Shown here in pieces: positions 9,890 to 19,264 of a stretch of 64,000 bases of DNA (within the stretch, counting starts at the first letter, position 1; each line of letters begins with the position of its first letter). A model generated the notes under the pieces. It did not search any database and had not been told where the DNA came from. It worked only from the letters and a program-made list of their open reading frames with translations. The translations under genes were made by a program, and so were the position numbers. Source of the stretch: Candidatus Sysuimicrobiota bacterium (GTDB lineage: Bacteria > Sysuimicrobiota > Sysuimicrobiia > Sysuimicrobiales > Sysuimicrobiaceae); contig PSLI01000003.1 of assembly GCA_040289515.1 (NCBI GenBank), positions 10,459 through 74,458 on the forward strand, read 5' to 3'.

Positions 9890-12103
9890 ATGGAAGTGGC
9901 GTGGTGCGTACCCGACGTCCGGAGCGTGCGCTTCGAGGTCGGGGGCAAGGAATGGGTCATCGAAACGGGTAAGCTGGCCAAACAGGCCAACGCCGCGGTC
10001 ACCGTCCGGTACGGGGAGACCGTGGTGCTGGTCACGGCCACCGCCTCGGATCAGCCCCGGGAGGAGGTGGACTTCTTCCCCCTTACGTGCGACTTCGAAG
10101 AGCGGCTGTACGCGGCGGGCAAGATCCCGGGAGGATTTTTCAAGCGGGAGGGGCGTCCGGGGGAGAAGGCCATCCTCACCTCCCGCCTCATGGACCGGCC
10201 CATCCGGCCCCTGTTCCCCAAGGGCTTCCGCAACGATGTGCAGGTGATCGCCACCACCCTGTCTGCGGACCAGATCCACCCGCCGGACGTGGCGGCGGTG
10301 GTGGGGGCCTCCGCGGCGTTGAGCCTGTCCGACATCCCGTGGGCGGGCCCCATCGGCTGCGTGCGCATCGGCCTGGTAGCTGGGCAGCTGGTGGTGAACC
10401 CCACCCTGCAGCAGATCGAAAGGGAAAGCCAGCTGGACCTGGTGGTGGCCGCCAGTGAGGACGCCATCATCATGGTCGAGGGCGGCGCCGACGAGGTGCC
10501 CGAGGACCGCATGCTGGAGGCCCTGGAGCTGGCCCACCGGGAATGCCGCAAGGTGGTGGCCGCCATCCGAGAGCTTGCCGCGCAGGCAGGCAAGCCCAAG
10601 CGGGAGGTTCCCCTGGCCCAGCCCGACCCGGAGCTGGCCCGGGAGGTCCGCGAGGCCGCGGAGGAGAAGCTGAACGCGGCCCTGCGCCACCTCGACAAGC
10701 TGCGCCGCGAGGAGCAGACCCAGCGGGTGATCCAGGAGGTCACCCAGGAGCTGGCGCAGCGCTACCCCGAGCGGGTGCAGGAGATCTCGAACCTGTTGGT
10801 GGACCTGCAGAAGGAGCTGGTACGCCGCATGATCCTCCAGGAGGGGGTGCGACCGGATGGGCGGAAGCCCACCGAGATCCGACCGCTGTACATCGAGGTG
10901 GGCCTGATGCCCCGCACGCACGGCAGCGCCCTGTTCCAGCGGGGTCAGACGCAAGTGCTCACCCTATGTACCCTGGGCACCGGCGAGGACGAGCAGATCC
11001 TGGACGATTTGGGCATCGTGGAGAGCAAGCGCTTCATGCACCACTACGTGTTCCCGCCCTACAGCGTGGGGGAGGTGCGTCCCCTGCGGGGTCCCGGCCG
11101 CCGCGAGGTGGGCCACGGAGCCCTGGCGGAGCGGGCCCTTGCCCGCATGATCCCTCCGGAGGAGGTCTTCCCCTACACCATCCGCCTGGTGTCCGAGGTG
11201 CTGGAGTCCAACGGGTCCACGTCCATGGCCTCCGTGTGCGGCAGCACCCTGGCCCTCATGGACGCGGGGGTGCCCATCAAGGCCCCGGTGGCGGGCATCG
11301 CCATGGGCCTCATCACGGGAGAGGACGGCCGCATGGCTATCCTCACCGACATCCAGGGCATGGAGGATGCCATGGGGGATATGGACTTCAAGGTGGCCGG
11401 GACCCGGGAGGGCATCACCGCCCTGCAGATGGACATTAAGATCCCGGGTTTGAGCCGCGAGGTGCTGCGCCAGGCCCTGGAGCAGGCGCGCCAGGCGCGG
11501 CTAGCCATTCTGGACGCCATGCTGCGGGTGCTGCCCGCCCCGCGCACAGACCTGTCCCCATACGCGCCCAGGCTCCTCACCCTGCACATCAACCCGGACA
11601 AGATTCGGGAGGTGATCGGCCCCGGCGGGCGGGTGATCAACCGCATTACCTCGGAGACGGGGGTGAAGATCGACATCGAGCAGGACGGGCGGGTGATCAT
11701 CGCCTCCGCGGACCCCGAGGCGGCCCAGAAGGCGGTGCGCATGATCCAGGACATCGCGCGGGAGGTGGAGGTGGGCCAGACCTACCTGGGCCGCGTCACG
11801 CGCCTGATGAACTTCGGCGCCTTCGTGGAGGTCCTGCCAGGCAAGGAGGGCCTGGTGCACATCTCGGAGCTTTCAGACCGCCGGGTGGACAAGGTGGAGG
11901 ACGTGGTGAAGGTGGGCGACGAGATCCTGGTGCGGGTCAAGGAGATCGACTCCTTGGGCCGCATCAACCTCACCCGCCGGGGCCTCACCTCCGACGATGG
12001 GGGGCAGGCAGCACCCAAGTCTGCGGCGCGCGCGGACCGTCCCCGACAGGACCGGGCTCCGCAGCGGCCGCCCCGCAGGCCCGGACCGCGCCCGGAGCGC
12101 TGA
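9890..12103 (+). CDS. pnp: Polyribonucleotide nucleotidyltransferase (PNPase)
   Basis: [39 protein letters not shown]... two RNase PH domains, KH and S1; rpsO-pnp synteny. Confidence 0.95.
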   Translation: MEVAWCVPDVRSVRFEVGGKEWVIETGKLAKQANAAVTVRYGETVVLVTATASDQPREEVDFFPLTCDFEERLYAAGKIPGGFFKREGRPGEKAILTSRLMDRPIRPLFPKGFRNDVQVIATTLSADQIHPPDVAAVVGASAALSLSDIPWAGPIGCVRIGLVAGQLVVNPTLQQIERESQLDLVVAASEDAIIMVEGGADEVPEDRMLEALELAHRECRKVVAAIRELAAQAGKPKREVPLAQPDPELAREVREAAEEKLNAALRHLDKLRREEQTQRVIQEVTQELAQRYPERVQEISNLLVDLQKELVRRMILQEGVRPDGRKPTEIRPLYIEVGLMPRTHGSALFQRGQTQVLTLCTLGTGEDEQILDDLGIVESKRFMHHYVFPPYSVGEVRPLRGPGRREVGHGALAERALARMIPPEEVFPYTIRLVSEVLESNGSTSMASVCGSTLALMDAGVPIKAPVAGIAMGLITGEDGRMAILTDIQGMEDAMGDMDFKVAGTREGITALQMDIKIPGLSREVLRQALEQARQARLAILDAMLRVLPAPRTDLSPYAPRLLTLHINPDKIREVIGPGGRVINRITSETGVKIDIEQDGRVIIASADPEAAQKAVRMIQDIAREVEVGQTYLGRVTRLMNFGAFVEVLPGKEGLVHISELSDRRVDKVEDVVKVGDEILVRVKEIDSLGRINLTRRGLTSDDGGQAAPKSAARADRPRQDRAPQRPPRRPGPRPER

Positions 12104-12107
12104 CCCT

Positions 12108-13397
12108 GTGGGGATCCCGGTGGCGGGACGCGACACGGAATACCGCAAGACCGTGCTCCCTTCCGGAATTCGGGTGGTCACGGAGGCCCTCCCGGGGGTG
12201 CGCACCGTGGCCTTGGGCATCTGGGTGGAGACCGGTTCCCGGTTCGAGCCGCAGGGATGGAGCGGGATCGCCCACTTCACGGAGCACATGATGTTCAAGG
12301 GCACCCGCCGGCGCACCGCCCAGCGCATCGCGGAGGAGGCGGACTCCCTGGGCGCGCAGCTCAATGCCTTCACCGACCGGGAGCACACCTGCTACTATGT
12401 GCGGGTGCTGTCCGAGCACCTGCCCAAGGTCACGGACCTGCTGGCGGACATGCTCACCGGCTCCCTGTTTGAGGAGGAGGCGGTGGAGTGCGAGCGGCAG
12501 GTGATCCTCGAGGAGATCAAGATGTACGAGGACAGCCCGGACGACCTGGTGCAGGACCTGTTCCTGGAGACGGTGTGGGCCCACGACTCCCTGGGCCGGC
12601 CCGTCATCGGCTTCCGGGACACCGTGGAAGCCCTGCGCCGGCCGGACTTCGTGGAGTTCGTGTCCCACGAGTACCGGCGCCCGCGCCTGCTGGTGGCGGC
12701 GGCGGGCGACGTGGACCACGACCGCGTGGTGGAGCAGACCGCGGAGCTGCTCAGCCCCCTACCGGAGGGAGCCCAACCCCGCGAGACGTACGCCCCCTCG
12801 GTGTCGCGAAATGCCACCTACCGAGCGAAGGACACCGAGCAGGTGCACCTGTGCTTCGGCTACCCGGGTCTACCGCAGGGGCACCCGGACCGTTACGTGC
12901 TGTCGGTGCTGGACCACCTGACCGGGGGCGGTATGTCCTCCCGCCTGTTTCAGGAGGTGCGCGAGAAGCGCGGGCTGGCTTACAGCGTGGGCACCGTCTC
13001 GGTGATGTACCGGGACGCGGGGGCCTTCGCGGTGTACGCGGGCACAAGCCCCGAGCGGGCCCGGGAGGTGCTGGAGGTCTGCCTGCGGGAGCTGGACCGC
13101 CTGCGGCAGGAGCCGGTCCCTGAGGAGGAGCTGCGCCGCGCCAAGGAGGCCCTGAAGGCCAGCCTGATGCTGTCCCTGGAGAGCACGGCAAGCCGCATGT
13201 TCTTCCTGTCGCGGGCGGAGCTGTACTTCGGGCGGCGCGTGAGCCCGGACGAGGTTCTGCAGGAGCTGGAGGCGGTGACCCCCGAGCGCCTTCAGGCGCT
13301 GGCGCAGAAGCTGGTCACACACCGGCCTGCCCTGGCCGCGGTGGGCCCCGCGGACGCGGAGGCCACCACCCGGGGCGCCCTGGAGGCGGTGGCGTAA
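12108..13397 (+). CDS. M16-family zinc peptidase (YmxG/MlpA-like)
   Basis: ...[17 protein letters not shown]... inverted zinc-binding motif HxxEH (HFTEH) of pitrilysin/M16 family; follows pnp as ymxG does in Bacillus. Start GTG 12108 (alternative 12120). Confidence 0.85.
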   Translation: MGIPVAGRDTEYRKTVLPSGIRVVTEALPGVRTVALGIWVETGSRFEPQGWSGIAHFTEHMMFKGTRRRTAQRIAEEADSLGAQLNAFTDREHTCYYVRVLSEHLPKVTDLLADMLTGSLFEEEAVECERQVILEEIKMYEDSPDDLVQDLFLETVWAHDSLGRPVIGFRDTVEALRRPDFVEFVSHEYRRPRLLVAAAGDVDHDRVVEQTAELLSPLPEGAQPRETYAPSVSRNATYRAKDTEQVHLCFGYPGLPQGHPDRYVLSVLDHLTGGGMSSRLFQEVREKRGLAYSVGTVSVMYRDAGAFAVYAGTSPERAREVLEVCLRELDRLRQEPVPEEELRRAKEALKASLMLSLESTASRMFFLSRAELYFGRRVSPDEVLQELEAVTPERLQALAQKLVTHRPALAAVGPADAEATTRGALEAVA

Positions 13398-14203
13398 TGA
13401 GCGGGGTGGTGCGGGTGGCGATAAGCGGCGCCGCAGGCCGCATGGGCCGCGCGGTGGTGCGGGCGGTCCGCCAGCAGCCGGACCTGGAGCTGGTGGCTGC
13501 CTTCGGCCGGCACCGGCATCTGGGCGAGGACGCCGGTGAGGTGGGGGGGGTGGGCCGCGTGGGCGTTTTCATCCAGCCCGCAGAAGCCATCGGCGAGCTG
13601 CGGGGACGGGCGGACGTGCTGGTGGAGTTCAGCATCGGGGAAGGGGCCATGGCCAATGCCGTCTCCGCCGCGCGGGTCGGGGTGCGCCCCGTGGTGGGGG
13701 CCACGGGCTACACCCCCGCCTCCCTGGAGGCCCTGCGGGAGGCGTGCGCGCAGGCCGGGGTGGGCGGCGTGGTGGCACCCAACTTCGCGCTGGGCGCAGT
13801 GCTCCTCATGCGGTTCTGCCAGCAGGCAGCAGCCTACTTCCCCCACGTGGAGATCGTGGAGCTGCACCACGACCGCAAGCGGGACGCGCCGAGTGGCACC
13901 GCCCTGCGGACCGCGGAGCTCATCGCCCGCTGCCGCGGCGAAATTCCCCCTCCGGCGGTGGCCGAGGAGGAGAAGGTAGCGGCAGCCCGGGGAGGTGTGT
14001 ATGAGGGCGTGCGGGTGCACAGCGTGCGCCTGCCGGGCCTGATGGCGCACCAGGAGGTCCTGTTCGGCGGGCCCGGACAGCTGCTCACCCTGCGCCACGA
14101 CGCGTACAGCGAGGAGTCGTTCCTGCCGGGCGTGCTGCTGGCGGTCCGGCGGGCCGTGACCCTCCGGGAGCTGGTGGTGGGCCTGGAGCACCTGCTGGCA
14201 TAG
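13397..14203 (+). CDS. dapB: 4-hydroxy-tetrahydrodipicolinate reductase
   Basis: [24 protein letters not shown]... NAD(P)-binding GxxGxxG N-terminus, DapB fold. Confidence 0.9.
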   Translation: MSGVVRVAISGAAGRMGRAVVRAVRQQPDLELVAAFGRHRHLGEDAGEVGGVGRVGVFIQPAEAIGELRGRADVLVEFSIGEGAMANAVSAARVGVRPVVGATGYTPASLEALREACAQAGVGGVVAPNFALGAVLLMRFCQQAAAYFPHVEIVELHHDRKRDAPSGTALRTAELIARCRGEIPPPAVAEEEKVAAARGGVYEGVRVHSVRLPGLMAHQEVLFGGPGQLLTLRHDAYSEESFLPGVLLAVRRAVTLRELVVGLEHLLA

Positions 14204-14232
14204 ACGAACTCTGGGAGGGGCGAGGTGAGGTC

Positions 14233-15267
14233 GTGCGGGACGGATACGTGGTGGCCGTCGTGGGAGCCACGGGCGCCGTGGGACGGCAGGTGGTGGCGTT
14301 GCTGGAAGCGCGGCGTTTCCCCGCGCGGGAGCTGCGGCTGGCAGCCTCCCCGCGCTCGGAAGGCAAGCGGGTGGACGGCCACCGGGTGGTGGCGCTCTCC
14401 GATGCCGTGTTCGACGGGTGCCACATCGCCATTTTCGATGTGCCGGACGAGGTCTCTCGGGAGTGGGCGCCGCGGGCTGCCGCGCGGGGAGCGGTGGTGA
14501 TCGACAACGCCGCCACCTTCCGCCTGGACCCGGGCGTGCCCCTGGTCATCCCGGAGATCAACGGTCCGCGGGTGCTGGACAGGCCCCGGGGGATCGTGGC
14601 GAACCCCAACTGCACCACGGCCACCTTTCTGGTGCCCCTCGCGCCCCTGCACCGGCGCTACGGCCTCCGGCGGGTGGTGGCGTGCTCGTACCAGTCCGTC
14701 TCGGGCGCGGGTCAGGCGGGGGTTGAGCAGCTGTGGCGCGAGCTGCGGGCGGCTGCGGAGCGCGGCGAGCCCCTGCAGGAGTCCTTGGGCAGCGCCTTTA
14801 CCTACCCCATCGTGTTCAACGTGATCCCCGCGATCGGGTCGGTGCAGGACGGCGGCCACACCAGCGAGGAGCTGAAGGCCCAGGCGGAAAGCCGCAAGAT
14901 CCTTGAGCACCCCACCCTGGAGGTGGGGATCACCTGCGTGCGGGTCCCCACCCTGGTGGGGCACGGGGTCGCCTTACACGTCACCTTTGAGCAAACGCCG
15001 GACCTGGGCGAGGTGCGGGAGCTGCTGCGCGCGGCCCCGGGGGTGGAGGTGATGGACGACCCTCGCGCAGGCCGGTACCCCACGCCCCTTCAGGCCGCAG
15101 GACGCGACCCGGTTTACGTGGGCCGCATCCGGTTCGACGGCGCGGGCAACCTGGCCTTCTTCGCCGTGGGGGACAACCTCCGGAAGGGCGCGGCCCTGAA
15201 CGCGGTACAGATCGCGGAAACCCTGGTGGCGCTGCAGCCAGACCTGCGGGGTGCGGTCCGCGTATAG
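14233..15267 (+). CDS. asd: Aspartate-semialdehyde dehydrogenase
   Basis: VAVVGATGAVGRQVVALLEARRFP... ...VIDNAATFR...NPNCTT... active-site Cys context of Asd. Confidence 0.9.
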   Translation: MRDGYVVAVVGATGAVGRQVVALLEARRFPARELRLAASPRSEGKRVDGHRVVALSDAVFDGCHIAIFDVPDEVSREWAPRAAARGAVVIDNAATFRLDPGVPLVIPEINGPRVLDRPRGIVANPNCTTATFLVPLAPLHRRYGLRRVVACSYQSVSGAGQAGVEQLWRELRAAAERGEPLQESLGSAFTYPIVFNVIPAIGSVQDGGHTSEELKAQAESRKILEHPTLEVGITCVRVPTLVGHGVALHVTFEQTPDLGEVRELLRAAPGVEVMDDPRAGRYPTPLQAAGRDPVYVGRIRFDGAGNLAFFAVGDNLRKGAALNAVQIAETLVALQPDLRGAVRV

Positions 15268-15300
15268 CGCGCGGGCCAGCTCCCGCCCGGTGCCGGCTGC

Positions 15301-15873
15301 TCAGCTTACCTCCAGGGGCGACACCTGCACCAGGGCGTCGCCCACCTCCACCTCCAGGGTGTAGCGGCCCCGGGGCACGGCTTCAAACGCGAACTGCCCC
15401 ACCGAGTCTACCTCCGCTTCCTGCTCGTAGTGGAAACCCACCAGGCGCGCCCGCGCCGGCTGCTCCGGTTGCGTTTCCCACGACACAATCCCCGCCACGG
15501 TACGCAGGGAAGCGTCCTGGGGCTCCTCCGTAACGGACACCGTGAGGGCGTACTCGCCCGCCTGGTACGTGGCCGCAGCAAGCTGCGCGGATCCCCGCAC
15601 CGCGTACGCCGCCGCGGGCTCCGCCACCCGCAGCTGCGGGGCCCACTCCGCCACCAGGATCCGCCAGTCCGGGCGGTCCCGGGCGCGCAGGAACCGATTC
15701 AGGATGGCCAGCTCCTCCTGACAGCGCGGGCACTCCCGGACGTGGGCTTCCACTTCCTCCCGTCCGCTGTCCAGCAGGCCCAGGTGAAGCTCTCCCAGCA
15801 CGTGGGGGTCAGGGCAGCGGAACCTGTAAAGCTGCCCCGCTACCGCGCGTTCGAGGGCGTCGTGTGCTTCCAT
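15301..15873 (-). CDS. Hypothetical protein with ZAS-type zinc-finger N-terminus (H-x3-C-x2-C, anti-sigma-factor-like) and a carboxypeptidase-regulatory-like beta domain
   Basis: MEAHDALERAVAGQLYRFRCPDPH...EAHVRECPRCQEE... then ...GQFAFEAVPRGRYTLEVEVGD; GC3-rich coding signal; no cognate sigma factor gene is adjacent. Confidence 0.6.
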   Translation of the reverse strand: MEAHDALERAVAGQLYRFRCPDPHVLGELHLGLLDSGREEVEAHVRECPRCQEELAILNRFLRARDRPDWRILVAEWAPQLRVAEPAAAYAVRGSAQLAAATYQAGEYALTVSVTEEPQDASLRTVAGIVSWETQPEQPARARLVGFHYEQEAEVDSVGQFAFEAVPRGRYTLEVEVGDALVQVSPLEVS

Positions 15874-16065
15874 GCCTGCCTTCCTCCTATCTGAGCAAAC
15901 GCCGGTGCGGACCGTTTTGGCACGCGCAGGATCGGGGGTTTGGTTTTTCCCCCTGTTTGCGAACCCAAGTACGCCATCGGATAGAACAGCTCTTAGCTTC
16001 GAATCAGTGGAATCTGCAGGATGCTAGACTGGATCAAACGACTGATTAGAATAGATCTAGACATG

Positions 16066-16632
16066 GGGAGGCTTTTGGGCGAGGTGCGCAAGACGTTCGG
16101 GTTGCGGGTGCACGAGGCCCGCACGTCTGCGGGGCTATCCCAGCGGGAGCTGGCCCGCGCCCTGGGGCTGCGCAGCGCGGTGGGGGTGGGCGACTGGGAG
16201 CGGGGCAAGGCCTTCCCCAAGTTCGAGACGTTCCTGCGGCTGTGCGAGGTCCTCAACAGGCCGCCTGCCTTCTTCCTGGAGGGCTACACCGAGTCCCCCC
16301 GGGACGAGGACCCCCTGCAGGCCTTGGAGCGGCTGGAGCAGCGCATGCAGCAGCGCCACCTGGAGCTTCTGCACCGCCTGGAGCAGCTGCCCGCCGAGGT
16401 GAGCGGCTGCCTGCCCCCGGACGAGGTGGCGCGCTTTTTGGAGTCCATGGACTTCGAGAGGGACGTGCTGCCCCGGCTGCCCCTGGACGTGCAGGGTGCC
16501 CTGCGGGCCCAGAAGCTCCCCGCGTCCCTGGAGAACGCAGCTTACGGGATCGCCCGCAACGCCGCTTGGCACGCGTGGGAGGTCACCCGCGAGGTCGTGC
16601 GGACGTGGCTGCGCCGCCAGCGGCGCCCGTAG
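16066..16632 (+). CDS. XRE-family helix-turn-helix transcriptional regulator
   Basis: MGRLLGEVRKTFGLRVHEARTSAGLSQRELARALGLRSAVGVGDWERGKAFP... canonical HTH_3; the C-terminal ~120 aa have no recognisable domain. An alternative upstream ATG at 16021 lies in an unusually AT-rich stretch. Confidence 0.75.
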   Translation, partial: GRLLGEVRKTFGLRVHEARTSAGLSQRELARALGLRSAVGVGDWERGKAFPKFETFLRLCEVLNRPPAFFLEGYTESPRDEDPLQALERLEQRMQQRHLELLHRLEQLPAEVSGCLPPDEVARFLESMDFERDVLPRLPLDVQGALRAQKLPASLENAAYGIARNAAWHAWEVTREVVRTWLRRQRRP

Positions 16633-16954
16633 GGGAAGAAAAACGTCAACGGGAGCCGCCCCGAGTGACCTCTCGGCTTTCACCGGTTCGACCTCTCGGG
16701 ACCTTACTCCCGTTGACACCTTGATTATACGCGTCTGGCCGCGGCAGCGCAATGGGGAACAACGGTTCTTGGTACCGGTGCCAGGTACCCGCAGGCGCGA
16801 ACTCGCGGGGTCGGCCCCGGCGAGCCTCCCGGTGGCGGTGCGCCAGCTGCCCAGGGCAGAGGGGCCGGCACCTGAAAAATGCCCTTCCGGGTACGTCTAG
16901 CCAGGCGGTGGCTGGGGTATAAGTCCCGGTAGACGGGTTTACGGAAGGAGGTGG

Positions 16955-16970
16955 TGGCACAGGTCTTGCT
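16955..16970 (+). promoter_or_regulatory. Sigma-54 (RpoN/SigL)-type promoter TGGCAC-N5-TTGCT upstream of pilin gene
   Basis: TGGCACAGGTCTTGCT matches the -24 GG / -12 GC consensus TGGCACG-N4-TTGCW with exact spacing; about 63 nt upstream of the pilin ATG. Confidence 0.55.
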
Positions 16971-17032
16971 CTAGTTCATAAGGCCCGCGGCGCGGGAGGA
17001 CGTTCAAAGACTACTGTGGAGGAGGGAAAGCG

Positions 17033-17431
17033 ATGTTGGAACGGATCTGGAGGGCTCGCAGGGACCAGAGGGGCTTCACCCTCATCGAGCTCATCATGGT
17101 GCTGGTGATCCTGGGGATCCTGCTGGCGCTGGCGCTTCCTGCCTACCTGGGCACGCGGAGGAAGGCGTACCTGGCGGAGGCGGACCAGAACCTGCAGGAG
17201 ATGAAAACCCAGGCGTGGTTGTACTACGTGGAGAGGGGGACTTTTACCGGGGTAAGTGGCACAATCCAACCACCGGCTGCCACTGCAAACTGGAGTTTCG
17301 CCTGGGGCACCTGCGATGGTACTACGTCGTGCACAATGAGCGCGACCGGACAGGGGCCCGTTGCCGGTGCCTCGGTGACTCTGGTACTCTCCAACACCGG
17401 CTCTGCCACGGTCACGTCGAGCGGCTTTTAG
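17033..17431 (+). CDS. Type IV pilin (PilA-like), class III signal peptide
   Basis: MLERIWRARRDQRG|FTLIELIMVLVILGILLALALP: Gly-1, Phe+1, Glu+5 prepilin peptidase site and a hydrophobic N-terminal helix; GGAGGAGGG RBS. Confidence 0.85.
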   Translation: MLERIWRARRDQRGFTLIELIMVLVILGILLALALPAYLGTRRKAYLAEADQNLQEMKTQAWLYYVERGTFTGVSGTIQPPAATANWSFAWGTCDGTTSCTMSATGQGPVAGASVTLVLSNTGSATVTSSGF

Positions 17432-17455
17432 GCCGCGCGCTTGCTGCGGTACGCT

Positions 17456-17485
17456 CCGGGTGGCCGGCGCGGGCCGGCCACCCGG
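17456..17485 (+). terminator. Strong GC hairpin (13-bp perfect stem, 4-nt loop) 25 nt after the pilin stop
   Basis: CCGGGTGGCCGGC-GCGG-GCCGGCCACCCGG; no U-tract, which is common in high-GC genomes. Likely a terminator/attenuator between the pilin and the downstream glycosyltransferase genes. Confidence 0.45.
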
Positions 17486-17509
17486 AGCTCGACCGGGTTG
17501 AGGGCAGCT

Positions 17510-19012
17510 GTGCCCGTCCGCGGATGGTTTGTTGTTGCGGCCTTCCTTCTGGCAGGGTTGGCCCTGCGGGCGGAATCGCTTGCGGGCCGCGTGCTGTGGT
17601 ACGACGAGGTGTACAGCCTGTGGGTTTCCGAGCAGCCGGCAGCAGCCATCCTGCAGGCATCGGCTCTCTCAGACCCTCACCCGCCGGGCTACTACCTCTT
17701 GCTGAAGGCCTGGAGGAGGATTGTGGGGCCGACCCCTCCGGCCGCCCGGCTGCTTTCCTTGGTGGCGTGGCTTGGGTCTGTGGCCGTGGTCGCGTATCTT
17801 GCGGCCAAGATCTTCGGCTGGCCCGCGGGGGCGGGTGCGGCGTGCCTACTGAGCGTGCACGCTTTCCAGGTGATTGCCTCCACAGAAGCCCGTATGTACG
17901 CCCTGCTGCAGCTCGCCGCGGCGGTAGCTACCGCCCTGCTGTGGCGGGCCAGGGAGCAGGACCGACTGGGGCTCTGGGCCGCGTACGGCGCGAGCGCGGC
18001 TGCCATGGCCTACCTGAGCTATTACTCCGCGCTGCTGCTCCTGGCACACGGGCTGTGGGTGCTGGCCACACAGCCCGGCAGATCCTGGGCAGGCCCTGCG
18101 GTTGCGGTGGCCAGCGCGGTTGCCGCTTACGGCCCGTGGCTTCCTTTCCTGCCGGGCTCGGTTACCGCCAACACCGTGCCGTGGAGGCCGCCCCCGGACG
18201 CGGGGCTTGTCGCGGGGCTCCTGGCGAGCCAGGTGTACGGCGGCCACTGGCTTGGCGCTGCCGGCTACTATGGAAGCGGGGTCCTGCAGGCCTGGCAGTG
18301 GCTGGCCGGCCTAGCGCCCGTGACGCTGCTGGTACCCGGCTTTCTGGCTCTCCGACAGCGGAACGCACAGGCCGGCTTTCTGTTTACCCTGTGCTGGCTG
18401 GTGCCGGTGGGGGCGGCGGTGGCCGCCTCGTTTCTGGTGGGGAAAGTGGCCGCCTATGCCTACCACCTCACGTACGTGCAGCCCGTTGCGGCCGTCGCGG
18501 TGGCCGCCGGGGTGGCGGAAGTGTGGTCCCCGCGCGACCGATCACCCCGGTGCGTGACCCAAGTTCTAGCCGCCGTAGGGGTGTTGGTTTACGCAGCTTC
18601 AGCAGCCGACGGGGCCTGGCGGGATCTCCGCTACCAGCCCTTCCGGTACGACCTGGCGGCCGACTACCTGCGCAGCCTCCATCGGAAGCAGGACATGGTG
18701 CTGTACGTGCCCCAGGGTATGCGGCGGGTCATGCGCTACTACTTCGAGCCCACCGGGCGCGAAGTTCAGCTTGCGCTGCCCCTGGCTGCCTGGGGGCCCA
18801 AAGCGCACCAGGCGCGGCAGCGTTTCCGCGACGCCGTGGCCGCGGCGCTGCGGGCCAGCAGCCAACGTGTCTGGGTAGTGGCAAGCCCCCCATACCCGCC
18901 GTGGGTGCCCGAGATCATCGAGCAGGCGGCCGTGGAGAGCGGTTACCTGCCCGGCCCGGTAGCCCGCTTCGGGCATGTTACGGTAGGACTGCTCGTGCGC
19001 CGTGGTCGCTGA
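17510..19012 (+). CDS. GT-C superfamily membrane glycosyltransferase, PMT/ArnT-like (GT39/GT83-type, polyprenyl-phosphate-sugar dependent)
   Basis: Polytopic membrane protein with the first-loop motif ...RVLWYDEVYSLWVS... (the DE motif of PMT/ArnT-type enzymes), HPPGYYLLL, and a C-terminal soluble domain containing YRYDLAADY. Start GTG 17510 after a GAGGG RBS (alternative TTG 17498). Confidence 0.7.
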   Translation: MPVRGWFVVAAFLLAGLALRAESLAGRVLWYDEVYSLWVSEQPAAAILQASALSDPHPPGYYLLLKAWRRIVGPTPPAARLLSLVAWLGSVAVVAYLAAKIFGWPAGAGAACLLSVHAFQVIASTEARMYALLQLAAAVATALLWRAREQDRLGLWAAYGASAAAMAYLSYYSALLLLAHGLWVLATQPGRSWAGPAVAVASAVAAYGPWLPFLPGSVTANTVPWRPPPDAGLVAGLLASQVYGGHWLGAAGYYGSGVLQAWQWLAGLAPVTLLVPGFLALRQRNAQAGFLFTLCWLVPVGAAVAASFLVGKVAAYAYHLTYVQPVAAVAVAAGVAEVWSPRDRSPRCVTQVLAAVGVLVYAASAADGAWRDLRYQPFRYDLAADYLRSLHRKQDMVLYVPQGMRRVMRYYFEPTGREVQLALPLAAWGPKAHQARQRFRDAVAAALRASSQRVWVVASPPYPPWVPEIIEQAAVESGYLPGPVARFGHVTVGLLVRRGR

Positions 19013-19264
19013 CCCCGCGGACCGGGGGCGTTTTGCGCGGCTTCTGCCTCCACTCCATGTGTGGATCTTGGCGGGGCTCCTCCTGGCCGCCGCGGTGGTG
19101 CGTTTGGAACTGCTGGGCTGCGGGGGTACGCTGATTCGTTGTGGCGAGGTGGCACGAGAGGGTGCGAGAGGTGGATGGAGACCGGATGACGTAACTTAAC
19201 CCCAGGCACCCGGATGGCGGGTCCCCACCAAGGGAGCTGCGAACAGAGAGTCAGCTGGGGGAAG

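Noticed and set aside
16771-16789. GGTACC-N7-GGTACC palindrome before the pilin, and a 14/15 similar copy (ccggtaccaggtacc) at 20464-20478 inside the second GT-C gene
   Set aside because: For 64 kb, dozens of 15-mers with one mismatch are expected by chance. The second copy is coding (WYLEPVPGTV). Treated as coincidence, although the intergenic palindrome itself could still be a binding site.
16870-16885. Second sigma-54-like motif GGCACctgaaaaaTGC 80 nt upstream of the 16955 element
   Set aside because: The GG-to-GC spacing is one nucleotide too long relative to the consensus, so only the 16955 element was kept.
19002-19199. 65-aa ORF (MVADPADRGRFARLLPPLHVWILAGLLLAAAVVRLELLG...) in the gap between the first GT-C and the PIG-V-like gene, possibly a small membrane protein
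   Set aside because: It has no RBS, overlaps the GT-C stop, and has no family resemblance. High GC makes 60-aa open frames common, so there is not enough support to call a gene.
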